DNA from: Acidimicrobiales bacterium
Lineage (GTDB): Bacteria > Actinomycetota > Acidimicrobiia > Acidimicrobiales > UBA8592
DNA length: 64,000 nucleotides
NCBI GenBank assembly: GCA_030740795.1
Contig: JASLWO010000028.1
Span: 8,223 to 72,222 of the forward strand
Reading direction: 5' to 3'
Notes under the pieces: model-generated
The model's database searches: none
Told to the model about the DNA's origin: nothing
What the model saw: only the letters and a program-made list of their open reading frames with translations
In this document: positions 19,197 to 29,344 of the stretch, one piece after another
Position numbering within the stretch: position 1 is the first letter of the stretch
How the letters are laid out: the number at the start of each line of letters is the position of its first letter
Program-made: the position numbers and the translations under genes

Positions 19197-20813
19197 TTAA
19201 GTCACATCTGCCATCAGTATTGGCGGACTGTGATAGTGGGTAATTGATGGACTGAATCCAACAGTATCTGAAGCAATTTCTAAAGCGTCTTGGATTGTGC
19301 TGGCTGGCCTGAAACCCATTCTTCTAACGGCCTCAGGTTGCCCCCCTACGATAATTACCTGAGAAAGGTGTTCTAAGGCATGGGAACACCAATACCACAT
19401 GTAAAAGGGGTGAACGCCATGATATGCGTATGAGGTTCTGTAGAGGTGCCTGTACCATTCATCTTCGGCAAAGGCTTTTTCATATTTTTGGCTCATTTCA
19501 ACCGCATCAGTTGTTTCGCTTAGAACACGGTCAAAAAAATCAATATAGCTTGGATGATGAACGGGGTGGAACTCCCACGGCGTGGGATGAGTCATAATAA
19601 CTACTCCACCTTTTTTAACTAAGGGTTTCCCTTTGTACATATTAAAGAAATACCCAAGTCCCAAACACGCAACAAGTATCGGGTTCATAACAGAATTTAC
19701 GTTATAAGGGCAAATGTAAGGCAAGCCCATTGTTAAGACGTCCGTTTGCCCGTCTACTTTAACTAAATGTTGCTTGTAGACATTCTCAGTTGTTTGCTTG
19801 TGGACAGCTTCTACTTCTCCAGCTTGAACTGATGTGATTTCATATGGTGATTCCCAGCCCATAAATGCCTTTCGGCGAGCTTGGGTAGACATCCGCTTAA
19901 TTCCGCCTTGCATGCCGAGAAATAATGCCCGATCTTTAAGTGTCCATTCCCACTCTCTTTTCTGGAGCATAGCTAACGGGCCATCGTAACCAAAAGTGTT
20001 GTTGTTAACAGTTGTTTCTATCTGGAATACTTTTATGCCGGAATCTTTCAAAACCTTTCCCTGGCGCCAGTTAGATTTATGAAGTTCAGAGTTTTCCTGG
20101 TCCATGAAACTTTTAGACTTAACCATGGTTTGCGGATTGTGATGGTGACGAAGAGCCGTATACCCTGATAAGCCTGTCGCAGTGCTTTTCCAACCACCAT
20201 CCATTGACACTAAATTTATATTCACGTAAACAATAAGATCGCTCTCGGCAGCACGTTTATTTATCTGTACTTCTTCACCGTGGGGAGTTGTTCCTATAGA
20301 AACCATTCCTTCAGGATCTTCTGCATCGTGGTTATAAATAGCACCTGAAGGAGAGAAAGCATCGTAAACGCGGTCGCCAACAGCATGTCGAAGTTCGGCC
20401 TCAGTCATTCTTCGGTGTAACGCTAGTGCGGCAATTAGGTGCACGTCGTCTACACCAGCTGCTGCGGCAGTATCAAGGACTGCTTCTATTACTCGCTGCC
20501 GAATATCTGGTTTTCTCATAGGGGGCAAAGGTAGAGAAATGTCATCAAATGCAATAGTTAATTTCATCCCAGAGAATAGGAGGGCTGAAAGAGGAGGTGA
20601 GTCTCCAAGGGGATTCTCAAGCGCATCTCGGATAGCTTGATTCGGGTTCACCATCCCTGGTAGAGGTTCCGCTGGATAAATAATTCGAGACCGACCTGGG
20701 GGAAGTTTCTCTAATTTAAAATTTTCTCCGTGATGAAATAGAGTTGGAGGTGTAGTGCGGTCTACTTCTAAAACCAATCCGGGTCTTGGGTGCTTCCTGC
20801 GATTATTAGCCAT
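19197..20813 (-). CDS. Lactate-racemase (LarA)-like domain protein
   Basis: IAFDDIS, ALALHRRMT (cf. LarA ATGTHR), NHDAED, GTTPHG..V.IN, GGWKS (cf. GGRKS). Confidence 0.75.
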   Translation of the reverse strand: MANNRRKHPRPGLVLEVDRTTPPTLFHHGENFKLEKLPPGRSRIIYPAEPLPGMVNPNQAIRDALENPLGDSPPLSALLFSGMKLTIAFDDISLPLPPMRKPDIRQRVIEAVLDTAAAAGVDDVHLIAALALHRRMTEAELRHAVGDRVYDAFSPSGAIYNHDAEDPEGMVSIGTTPHGEEVQINKRAAESDLIVYVNINLVSMDGGWKSTATGLSGYTALRHHHNPQTMVKSKSFMDQENSELHKSNWRQGKVLKDSGIKVFQIETTVNNNTFGYDGPLAMLQKREWEWTLKDRALFLGMQGGIKRMSTQARRKAFMGWESPYEITSVQAGEVEAVHKQTTENVYKQHLVKVDGQTDVLTMGLPYICPYNVNSVMNPILVACLGLGYFFNMYKGKPLVKKGGVVIMTHPTPWEFHPVHHPSYIDFFDRVLSETTDAVEMSQKYEKAFAEDEWYRHLYRTSYAYHGVHPFYMWYWCSHALEHLSQVIIVGGQPEAVRRMGFRPASTIQDALEIASDTVGFSPSITHYHSPPILMADVT

Positions 20814-23129
20814 TTAAGATTCCTTACTTGTGCCGAGAGGTAGAATTTTTTTTGGTGATCCAGAAATCGGTTGAAAGTTCTCAACGAGCCACCCTCTTCT
20901 TCTCGCTAAAGTCGCGAGTTTGGTTTCAGGATTTACGGCTACGGGAAACCCGACTGCTTCTAACATCGGTAAATCACTTGTTGAGTCTGCGTATGCGACC
21001 GATTCAGAAAGATCTATCTCATGGTTTTCTGCATATTCCCTTAGAACTGCGGCTCGTGTTTCACCAATGGGAGGCACTTGGCTCATCTTTCCAGAATAAT
21101 TCTCTCCTTCATGACTTAGAGATGGTGCGAGGATTTCATCAAATAATGGTTTTAGTGGCTGCACTACGAAATCTAAGGCCCCTGTGATCAAGAGGGTTCT
21201 GTGCCCTAGGGTTCTATGTTCTCGAACTCGACGAATCGCTGACGGAAATGATTTGTTAAGAATGAATTCATTGAACATGTCTAAAGAGTCTTCATCTATT
21301 TGGGCGATAGGCGCTCCTTCATATTTTCTATAGAAATTCCTCAAGAAATCTGTTCTATCGCGTCGGTCCATAGCTAACATATTCGGAGCTTCAAGTAGAG
21401 TTTTTGCAATGACGCGTGCCCTCTCTGATGGTGAAAGTCTTTTAGTAGCGAGATAACCCCAAGAGGCAACGACATTTGAAGCAATAAGAGTATTCTCAAG
21501 ATCGAAAACAGCTAATTGTCGTTTAGGATCGAGCACTTGCTTCCTAAGTCGAGAGTACCGTGAGTCTACGCTGGTTGAGGTAGGGGAAGTTTTTACTCTT
21601 CCTTGAGTGACAACGGTCGGGAGATGGATGTCATATACGTATTTCTCCCAATTGATGATTCGTGGATCGAAAGGGAAAGCTTGCCGGTCGGTGTCCGTTA
21701 TTTTTTCCCAGAGGGATAAAAGATTAGTTACGTCGTAGATAGCTTCGCATTCAACATATTTACCGTATAAAGTTATGTACTCCATCGCTTTGTCTAGTTC
21801 ATTTCTTCGTTCTTCAAGGTCAGCGACAATCATTGCACTGGTTCCTCTGATTGGAAGTTTGTGAAGAGTCCTTTCCGTTATTTTAAGTAGACGCTTAGCG
21901 CGTGTCAGTTGCGTAACTACACGGCCTCGACCTGGGAATTCCCACTTTGAAGGTGTGATGGGCTGATTCTTTTCGTCAAGGATGGGGAATTTGCCGAAAT
22001 AATCGTGTACATAATCAGCTAATATGCCTATGCGAATGGGGTTACAAGCTCCAGACGCAACTTGAAAAATTTGTGTTTCTTTTGGTGGAGTTTGGGAAGC
22101 TGCTGCGACTATTGCCGATGCGACTAAGTCAACTGGGATGATGTCAATTATTCCTTCAGGTATGCCCGGAAACTCTTTAAGGGTTCCGCGACCGAAATTT
22201 AAGATAATGGGTTCTGCCATCCTAAAGCCTCTAATCCAACCAGGTGTAGGGGCTTGCCAAGACGACTCAATGATTGAAGGGCGTACGATTGAAAGTGGGA
22301 TGTTTCCTCTAATTTCTTGAACAGCCTGTTCGGCCATAGCCTTAGTGAAAGCATATGCATCTGGAAATCCCAAAGAAGTTGCTCGTTCTCTTCCAGCTTC
22401 AACCATTTTTTCTTTGACCCAACGTTCACGTATTTGTTCAGTTTTGCTGGCTATTACCGAAATACCTGGAGCTCCAAGTTCTTCTTTCGCTTCTGTTCGA
22501 AACTTTTCCAGATTCTCACTCCTTCGGCTGTCATCCTCCGTGTATGCCCGAGTTCGTCTTGCTGCTTCAGTTTCTTCACGCCAATTTAGTGGAACATAGA
22601 ACGGACTTTGCGAAAGTGGTTTCTCGGGAGCTTTCCCTTTCCGGTTTCCGGCAACATAGCATGTGCTCACCATTACAACGTGCGGCGATGCATTGAGTTC
22701 TTTTAATGTTTCAACTAGTCGCACTGGACCCATTAGATTTACTTCTGCTGCTCGGTCTAAAGGTTCATCAAAACTAACTGCTGCAGCACTATGAATTATT
22801 ACATCACAATTTGAGATTTCTTTGATTCCGTCTTCATCTAAGTCAAGATTTGGTTTAGAAATATCTGCTGATATCGCTTCTATTTGACTCTTGACCATGG
22901 CTTCGAAAGTAGATTCCCCCAAGTTATCTTTCAGTGTCTTGAAAGCGTCATTGCGGAAGATGTCTCTTTCAAGACGTTTCTGAGCGGATCGTCTACCGGC
23001 GGGGCGGATGAGAAGCCGTAATTGAACGTCTTTAACCTCGCGAAGTAGTAATTCAACTAGTGCAGTCCCCAAGAAACCAGTGGCGCCGGTAATAGCTATT
23101 TTTTTACCCTCTAGTGATTCTTTTATCAC
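20814..23129 (-). CDS. Fatty acyl-CoA reductase (NAD_binding_4 + male-sterility domain) fused to a HAD-IB hydrolase
   Basis: ITGATGFLG, HSAAAVSF, YAFTK (YxxxK), IVRPSIIES, IPVDLV; C-terminal FDLENTL / ITG / AYADSTSD...AVNP HAD-IB motifs. Confidence 0.87.
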   Translation of the reverse strand: MIKESLEGKKIAITGATGFLGTALVELLLREVKDVQLRLLIRPAGRRSAQKRLERDIFRNDAFKTLKDNLGESTFEAMVKSQIEAISADISKPNLDLDEDGIKEISNCDVIIHSAAAVSFDEPLDRAAEVNLMGPVRLVETLKELNASPHVVMVSTCYVAGNRKGKAPEKPLSQSPFYVPLNWREETEAARRTRAYTEDDSRRSENLEKFRTEAKEELGAPGISVIASKTEQIRERWVKEKMVEAGRERATSLGFPDAYAFTKAMAEQAVQEIRGNIPLSIVRPSIIESSWQAPTPGWIRGFRMAEPIILNFGRGTLKEFPGIPEGIIDIIPVDLVASAIVAAASQTPPKETQIFQVASGACNPIRIGILADYVHDYFGKFPILDEKNQPITPSKWEFPGRGRVVTQLTRAKRLLKITERTLHKLPIRGTSAMIVADLEERRNELDKAMEYITLYGKYVECEAIYDVTNLLSLWEKITDTDRQAFPFDPRIINWEKYVYDIHLPTVVTQGRVKTSPTSTSVDSRYSRLRKQVLDPKRQLAVFDLENTLIASNVVASWGYLATKRLSPSERARVIAKTLLEAPNMLAMDRRDRTDFLRNFYRKYEGAPIAQIDEDSLDMFNEFILNKSFPSAIRRVREHRTLGHRTLLITGALDFVVQPLKPLFDEILAPSLSHEGENYSGKMSQVPPIGETRAAVLREYAENHEIDLSESVAYADSTSDLPMLEAVGFPVAVNPETKLATLARRRGWLVENFQPISGSPKKILPLGTSKES

Positions 23130-23137
23130 ACTCTATT

Positions 23138-23153
23138 TCTACCACTTGGTAGA
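23138..23153. promoter_or_regulatory. Palindromic TetR operator candidate TCTACCA-CT-TGGTAGA
   Basis: Perfect 7-bp inverted repeat in the 42-bp gap between the divergent FAR operon and tetR, overlapping the FAR-side -10 and the tetR promoter spacer. Confidence 0.7.
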
Positions 23154-23171
23154 GAATGGTACAATCTTTAT

Positions 23172-23762
23172 GTGAAGACTTCTGAGCGTGTCTTGTCAGC
23201 AGCTACTACAGCTTTCGGCGAATTCGGTTATGACTCTACGAGCTTGGATGATTTAGCGAAAGAACTGGGGATTCGAAAACAGTCAATTCTGTATCATTTC
23301 CCTTCGAAAGAGCAACTTCTAGCTAGCTCAGTTGACAAGGCCATTGACGAATTAATTTTGGTTTTGGATGAAGCGATTCGAACTAGTCGGACTGGTTGGG
23401 ATCGTGTTGAATCAATAGTTAAAAGTGTTTTCCGGTTAGCGATTCGCCGACCTGAATTATTGGGACTTTTAAGAGAAGTGACGCGCTTAGGTCCACCAGT
23501 GTTGACTCGCGCAGTTGATGGAATCAATCCTTTGTTGAATGGAGCCACCGATTGGTTGCGTGAAGAAATGGAAGCTGGCCGCATAAGACATTCTGATCCT
23601 GAACTTCTTGTACTCTCAATCTATTCAACCGTTATGGGCGCAGCCACGGAAGTAAAACTATTTGAAGCTATAGGTGAGAAACAGACTCTTCGAGGGGCTG
23701 CTTTGAGGAGGAAAGAATTGCTCCGCTTCTTGAAGAGCGCTTTATCTCCAGATGGGTTTTGA
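23172..23762 (+). CDS. TetR/AcrR-family transcriptional regulator
   Basis: GYDSTSLDDLAKELGIRKQSILYHFPSKEQL HTH. Confidence 0.93.
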   Translation: MKTSERVLSAATTAFGEFGYDSTSLDDLAKELGIRKQSILYHFPSKEQLLASSVDKAIDELILVLDEAIRTSRTGWDRVESIVKSVFRLAIRRPELLGLLREVTRLGPPVLTRAVDGINPLLNGATDWLREEMEAGRIRHSDPELLVLSIYSTVMGAATEVKLFEAIGEKQTLRGAALRRKELLRFLKSALSPDGF

Positions 23763-23779
23763 AAAGCAGAGGTGAGCGA

Positions 23780-24829
23780 TTAACTAGCTGTGCTGATCAA
23801 CACTTCCACCAATTCTTCGTAACTCAATCCGGAGTTAGCCCAGAGTTTTGGGTACATGGAAATTGGCGTAAAACCGGGCATTGTGTTTATCTCATTCACC
23901 AACCACTTGTTTGCGCGTTCGTCAAAGAAAAAATCAACTCTTGCCAGACTCCTGCAACGGAGTAGAGCGAAAACTTCGAGGGCTAACTCTTGAGCGTTTA
24001 AGATTTGAGATTGCGTTAGTTGTGCAGGGATTTTTAAGATTGCACCATCTTCGTATTTATCGTTGTAGTCATAGAATTCGGCTCCAGGAATTATTTCCCC
24101 AGGCAAGGAAACTTTTGGCTCATCGTTACCAAGAATTGAAATTTCAATTTCTCTCCCAGAAATAGCCTCTTCGATAACGATCCATTCATCGTATTTTGCT
24201 GCTTCTTGAAGAGCTGAGTGAAGCTTTGACCTTTCCGTAACTTTGGTAATGCCAATGGATGATCCCATGTTTGATGGCTTTACGAAAAGAGGGATTTCGA
24301 GTTCCACATCAATAGCTGATCTTGCAACTTTCTCTATCTGACTCGCGTGAATCCCAATCCATTTTGTTTGTTGAATACCCGCATTTTTGAGAATTTCTTT
24401 GGTTTTGAGTTTGTCCATGCATAAGGCGGAAGAAAGAACCTTGCTTCCAACATAAGGTACGTGCATGAGCTCTAAGAAACCTTGTATGGTTCCATCTTCA
24501 CCGTTCGGTCCATGAAGAACAGGAAAGACTATAGGGGATGTTTCCTTTAACCGGTTAAAGAAGGTTATGGGATTTACCGAAGTCCCTACTGCATCTAGTG
24601 CCTGCGGCAGGTTTTCTTGGTCATCACAACTCACTTCGTTGAATACATGAACCCAAGTTCCATCGAGAGTTATTCCTAGGACATGAACTTCGTATTTTTC
24701 GGTATCAACGACTTTAAGAATATGGGCAGCGGAAGAACAGGAGACAGAGTGTTCAGGTGATTGCCCACCGAAAATGATTACAAGTGGTTTCCTAATATTA
24801 ATCGGATCGTTGGTGGTCGTATTATTCAC
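23780..24829 (-). CDS. ddl: D-alanine--D-alanine ligase
   Basis: FGGQSPEHSVS, LHGPNGEDG, GSSIG, FYDYNDKY, NEINTMPGFT. Confidence 0.95.
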   Translation of the reverse strand: MNNTTTNDPINIRKPLVIIFGGQSPEHSVSCSSAAHILKVVDTEKYEVHVLGITLDGTWVHVFNEVSCDDQENLPQALDAVGTSVNPITFFNRLKETSPIVFPVLHGPNGEDGTIQGFLELMHVPYVGSKVLSSALCMDKLKTKEILKNAGIQQTKWIGIHASQIEKVARSAIDVELEIPLFVKPSNMGSSIGITKVTERSKLHSALQEAAKYDEWIVIEEAISGREIEISILGNDEPKVSLPGEIIPGAEFYDYNDKYEDGAILKIPAQLTQSQILNAQELALEVFALLRCRSLARVDFFFDERANKWLVNEINTMPGFTPISMYPKLWANSGLSYEELVEVLISTAS

Positions 24830-24843
24830 TTTTCTAGAATACC

Positions 24844-25635
24844 TTAATCTTCTAGTAAGAAGGATGCGATCTGTGGCCAGGCGGTGGGGTCCTGAAGCAT
24901 GAACAAGTGACCCCCCTCAAATATTTTAGTAACTGAATTAGGAATCAGATCATGTAATTTCTGAAGATTTTGTTCTGGGGCTACAAGATCGTGGTAGCCA
25001 CCAACTATCAATGTTGAGTGATTCAAGTCGGGTAGAAGGTGAATCACATCATGAGTTGATCTAGCCTCTAGCTGATTCAGTAAGCCAGGAGTTAAGTTGT
25101 TTGGGAAGATCCTTTTGCCTGCGGTGATTAGTTCCTCAACTGCGGTAATAATTGGAAGATTGGTTTCTCTCTTTTCGTACCGAGAGTCAAGTAGTTGCAA
25201 CCAGAGTGAAGCTTGTTTTGCAACCGATTGTTGAAGAACAATACGAAGGTCAAAAGAGGAATATTCTGGGCCACCTGGAGATGTGCAAGCGAGAACCAGT
25301 TTGTTAACCATGTTGGGATATTTAAGAGTTAGATGTTGGGCAACCATACCGCCAAATGAAATCCCGATTACGTTCGTTTTCTTAATGTCTAAGGCAGAAA
25401 GAAGTGCAGCTGCATCGTTTCCGTAATCATCCATTGAATAGGGGGGTGCAGGTACCTCTGTACGTCCTAGCCCACGTTGATCGTAACGTAACACAGTAAA
25501 ATTTTCGTCAATATCAGGTATCCGCGCCCGAGGCGTACGGAGGTCAGCGCCTGTTCCACTTATAATGAGCAGCGGATACCCGTTACCGGAAATTTCGTAA
25601 CAGATATTGATTCCGTTGGTTTGAATGTAAGGCAT
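24844..25635 (-). CDS. Alpha/beta hydrolase
   Basis: YDQRGLG, GISFGG nucleophile elbow, GGH; start ATG 25635 or TTG 25641. Confidence 0.85.
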   Translation of the reverse strand: MPYIQTNGINICYEISGNGYPLLIISGTGADLRTPRARIPDIDENFTVLRYDQRGLGRTEVPAPPYSMDDYGNDAAALLSALDIKKTNVIGISFGGMVAQHLTLKYPNMVNKLVLACTSPGGPEYSSFDLRIVLQQSVAKQASLWLQLLDSRYEKRETNLPIITAVEELITAGKRIFPNNLTPGLLNQLEARSTHDVIHLLPDLNHSTLIVGGYHDLVAPEQNLQKLHDLIPNSVTKIFEGGHLFMLQDPTAWPQIASFLLED

Positions 25636-25670
25636 CCTCAAAAGGATACTTCAAGCTTCAATAGTTTCGT

Positions 25671-27746
25671 TTACACAAATGCCGATGCAAAGACTAGTGA
25701 AACAATCGTCATCACTTTTAACAGAATGTTCATTGCAGGCCCTGAAGTATCTTTGAAAGGGTCACCCACTGTGTCTCCAACGACAGCTGCTTTATGTGGG
25801 TCCGAGCCTTTACCACCGTGATGTCCGGCTTCAATATACTTTTTGGCATTATCCCAAGCACCACCGGCATTTGCCATAAAGATTGCAAGAGCGAAACCAG
25901 TTACTAAAGCTCCGGCTAGTAGGCCACCTAACGCATCAATATCAATGAACCCTACAGCCAAAGGAACAACTACAGCTAAAGATCCTGGTATGACCATTTC
26001 TTTCAACGAAGCTTCTGTTGAGATAGCAACGCACCGGGCGGAGTCTGGGACGACACCTTCACGTCCTTCTCTAAGGCCGGGAATTTCACGGAATTGCCTG
26101 CGGACTTCTTCAATCATTGCAGTTGCCGCTCTTCCAACGGCATCAATGGTTAAAGCAGCAAACAGGAAGGGCAGACCCGCTCCGAGGAAAAGGCCGATAA
26201 AGACATCGACTTCGCCGACATTAAGTTCTAACGTGCCTCCGGCTTGACCTACTGCTAATTCGAAACTCTTAAATAAAGCAAGCGCTGTTAGGGCTGCTGA
26301 TCCAACAGCGAAGCCTTTTGCAATTGCAGCGGTGGTGTTTCCAAGGGAATCAAGTGCATCGGTGACTTCTCGAACTGAAGGGTCAAGTTCAGCCATTTCA
26401 GCGATTCCGCCAGCATTATCAGCTATAGGTCCGTAAGCATCTACTGAAACAACTGCTCCGGTAGTTGCAAGCATCCCAATGGCAGCAACAGCGATCCCGT
26501 AAATACCATTATTTAAAGTTTCTTCGCCTCCCCAGTAAGCAATTCCAATACCTGCAAGGACAAGACCCACAGAAGTTGCTACTGAAATCATCCCAGCACT
26601 GATACCGCTCAGAATAGTAGTAGCTGGCCCCGTTTCAGCTTGAGCTGCTATTTTCTTGACAGGAGCGAAATGGTCAGATGTATAGTATTCGGCTGTCTTG
26701 CCTAAAGCCCAACCAACAATCAAACCCCCAATAACCGATATAGCGAGTCCGATTGGATTCCCATCCGCTGAATCAAAAAGCCAATATGAAACGGCAAGAG
26801 TTCCTAGGACAGTTAACCCCATGGCAACGTTTGTGCCACGGTGTAAAGCATGGCTTAAAGCTTTTGAGTCTGTTGAGTCTCCACCCTTTACAAGAAAAGA
26901 CCCGAGAATCGAGGCGATCATACCGATAAAAGCAATAGCCATTGGGAACATGAGCTGCTCAATGACTCCTGTTGAGGTAGCTCCGGAAGCTTTCAACCCG
27001 CCATCTATAGCGAAAGCTGTTAGGGCAACTGGTGCGATTATTGAACCCGCATAGGATTCGAACAGGTCAGCTCCCATCCCTGCGACATCGCCAACATTGT
27101 CACCAACATTGTCAGCGATAGTTGCTGGGTTCCTAGGATCATCTTCAGGTATGCCAGCTTCAACTTTTCCTACAAGGTCAGCGCCAACATCAGCTGCTTT
27201 GGTATAGATTCCTCCACCAACTCGAGAGAACAGGGCTATTGAAGAGGCACCAAGACCATACGCAGTAACAATTTCAAAAGCTTGGTCAACTTCGAGCCAA
27301 ATTACAAAGAGAAGGTAAACAAACATAAGACCCAGGAGTGCTAGACCCGCCACCGAAAAGCCCATAACGGCACCACCACGATAAGCAACTGGTAGCGCTT
27401 TAGCTGGACCTTCTTTAGCAGCTTCTGTAGTTCTGGCATTAGCCATAGTCGCTACAGTCATTCCTATATAACCGGCAGTAGCAGACAAGGCTGCACCGAT
27501 TAGATACGCAACTGATGCTAATGGTGTTATCACAATTGCCAAGAGGATAACCATGGCTGCCACAAAGAAAGAAACCCATGTATATTCTTGTTTTAAGAAA
27601 GCTTTAGCACCGTTTTGGATCTCATTCATGAGGAAGATCATTCGATCATTTCCAGCTGGTGCCGCTTTTACGGTTGTGAAAAAATAAGAAGCTAGCGCTA
27701 ATGCTGCCAAGGCGCTTGCTAAAGCAAGATAGGGGATCGATTCCAA
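25671..27746 (-). CDS. hppA: Membrane-bound cation-translocating pyrophosphatase, K+-dependent type
   Basis: GGIYTKAADVGADLVGKVE, DNVGDNVGD, GNTTAA (Ala = K+-dependent), GDTVGDPFKDTSGP; start TTG 27746 after GAGGAG. Confidence 0.95.
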   Translation of the reverse strand: MESIPYLALASALAALALASYFFTTVKAAPAGNDRMIFLMNEIQNGAKAFLKQEYTWVSFFVAAMVILLAIVITPLASVAYLIGAALSATAGYIGMTVATMANARTTEAAKEGPAKALPVAYRGGAVMGFSVAGLALLGLMFVYLLFVIWLEVDQAFEIVTAYGLGASSIALFSRVGGGIYTKAADVGADLVGKVEAGIPEDDPRNPATIADNVGDNVGDVAGMGADLFESYAGSIIAPVALTAFAIDGGLKASGATSTGVIEQLMFPMAIAFIGMIASILGSFLVKGGDSTDSKALSHALHRGTNVAMGLTVLGTLAVSYWLFDSADGNPIGLAISVIGGLIVGWALGKTAEYYTSDHFAPVKKIAAQAETGPATTILSGISAGMISVATSVGLVLAGIGIAYWGGEETLNNGIYGIAVAAIGMLATTGAVVSVDAYGPIADNAGGIAEMAELDPSVREVTDALDSLGNTTAAIAKGFAVGSAALTALALFKSFELAVGQAGGTLELNVGEVDVFIGLFLGAGLPFLFAALTIDAVGRAATAMIEEVRRQFREIPGLREGREGVVPDSARCVAISTEASLKEMVIPGSLAVVVPLAVGFIDIDALGGLLAGALVTGFALAIFMANAGGAWDNAKKYIEAGHHGGKGSDPHKAAVVGDTVGDPFKDTSGPAMNILLKVMTIVSLVFASAFV

Positions 27747-27929
27747 GGTTACTCCTCTTAGATAGCTGTGCAGGTTAGTTATCTCCAGCACTCATGTTCA
27801 ATCCGGAAGTCTATATGTTGATTACGCCAGTTGGATAACCATTTTGATGATTTCTGAATAATTGTAAAAAACTACGTTTTTTTCTTAGGTATCTATGATT
27901 TATACACAAAGAACTGTTACCAATTAGAG

Positions 27930-29327
27930 GTGTACATAGTTGTCGTAGGGGCAGGCGAAGTTGGTAATTACATCACTCGACTGCTGACGGATCCCAAACA
28001 TCAAACCCAAAAGATGGAAGTGGCTATCGTTGATGCTAATCCTGAACGGATAGCAAAACTTGGTGACGAATTAGATGCAGCAATGATAGAAGGTAGCGGT
28101 AGTCACCCAGAGACGTTGCAGTTGGCAGGAATTGATCAAGCAGATCTTTTGGTAGCGGTTTCATCGAGTGACGAAGTAAATCTGATTTCAGGACTATACG
28201 CAAGAAATCGCGGAGTCAAAAAAACCATTGTTCGAATAGAAGCTGAAGAAATAAAGAAACAGTCTGATAACGAGGACTGGTTTTTAGGAGTGTTGGGTCC
28301 TGACTTGATTTTTGACCCTGATGAAGACACAGCAAAAGAGATAGCGGACCTTTTGGTCTCTTGGGGAGCTGATGAAATAGCAACTTTGTGCGAAGGCGAA
28401 GTTATTATTATCGGAGCAACATTAAATTCAGACGCTGAATTTTGTGGGAAGACACTTTCGGAAATTGGTGAATTGAACGAACCGATTTGGAGTTTCCTAG
28501 TTGCAGCTTTAAGAAGGAATGGGGAAACAATAATTCCCCGTTCTGAAGAAACATTGGCAGCAGGAGATCATCTCTGGCTAGTGATAAAAGCTGCGGAGAA
28601 GAGCAATGTTTTGGAGGCGTTAGGATTCAAGAGAAAGAAACAAAAGCGTATTCTATTATTAGGAGGAGGTAGAACGGCTGAATTTTTAGCGAAAGAACTT
28701 GTACGACTGAAATTCCGAGAAGTGACTTTGATAGAACAGAATGAAGATAGAGCTGAAGAGCTCGCCACCAGACTTGATGGGGTGGATGTTGTGCTAGGTG
28801 ACATAACAGACGCACAGTTCCTGAGCGCCGAAATAGACGCAGGAAAATATGATGCAGCAGTTGCCCTAACCGGAAAGGACGAAGCCAACGTACTTGCATG
28901 CATGTACGCGAAGTCACTAGGAACTAGGAGAACTATAGCGATCCTCCATAGATTAAAACTTCTAGATGTTTTGGGTTCCGCTGGAGTTGACTCAGCGGTT
29001 TCACCAGTTACTGCTAGTGCAAACCGTGTGCTTCGTTTCGTTCACGAAGTAGAAGATGTAGCTACTTTCCTGGGGACAGATCAGAATTTCGAAGTCGTTG
29101 AATTACGTGTTGAGGAAGAGAGCAAAGCAACGACGTTGCCAATTAAAGAATTAAAGCTCCCGCGCAACGTATTGATAGGGGCTGTAGTAAGTAGCGGTGA
29201 ACCAATGATCGCAAGAGGTGAAAGCCAATTAAAGGCAGAAGATTTGGTTCTCATTATCGCTCCTCCCGAGCAAATAGACCCTATACGAAAAGAATTCTTT
29301 CTCAATTCGAATACCTCGGTAGGGTAG
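27930..29327 (+). CDS. trkA: Trk potassium uptake NAD-binding subunit
   Basis: Two RCK_N (GAGEVG, GGGRTA) plus RCK_C repeats, 465 aa. Confidence 0.92.
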   Translation: MYIVVVGAGEVGNYITRLLTDPKHQTQKMEVAIVDANPERIAKLGDELDAAMIEGSGSHPETLQLAGIDQADLLVAVSSSDEVNLISGLYARNRGVKKTIVRIEAEEIKKQSDNEDWFLGVLGPDLIFDPDEDTAKEIADLLVSWGADEIATLCEGEVIIIGATLNSDAEFCGKTLSEIGELNEPIWSFLVAALRRNGETIIPRSEETLAAGDHLWLVIKAAEKSNVLEALGFKRKKQKRILLLGGGRTAEFLAKELVRLKFREVTLIEQNEDRAEELATRLDGVDVVLGDITDAQFLSAEIDAGKYDAAVALTGKDEANVLACMYAKSLGTRRTIAILHRLKLLDVLGSAGVDSAVSPVTASANRVLRFVHEVEDVATFLGTDQNFEVVELRVEEESKATTLPIKELKLPRNVLIGAVVSSGEPMIARGESQLKAEDLVLIIAPPEQIDPIRKEFFLNSNTSVG

Positions 29328-29344
29328 CGAAGCACGGTCAAGTA

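Noticed and set aside
27900-27908. Single DnaA-box-like TTATACACA upstream of trkA
   Set aside because: Isolated 9-mer in AT-rich DNA, plausible by chance.
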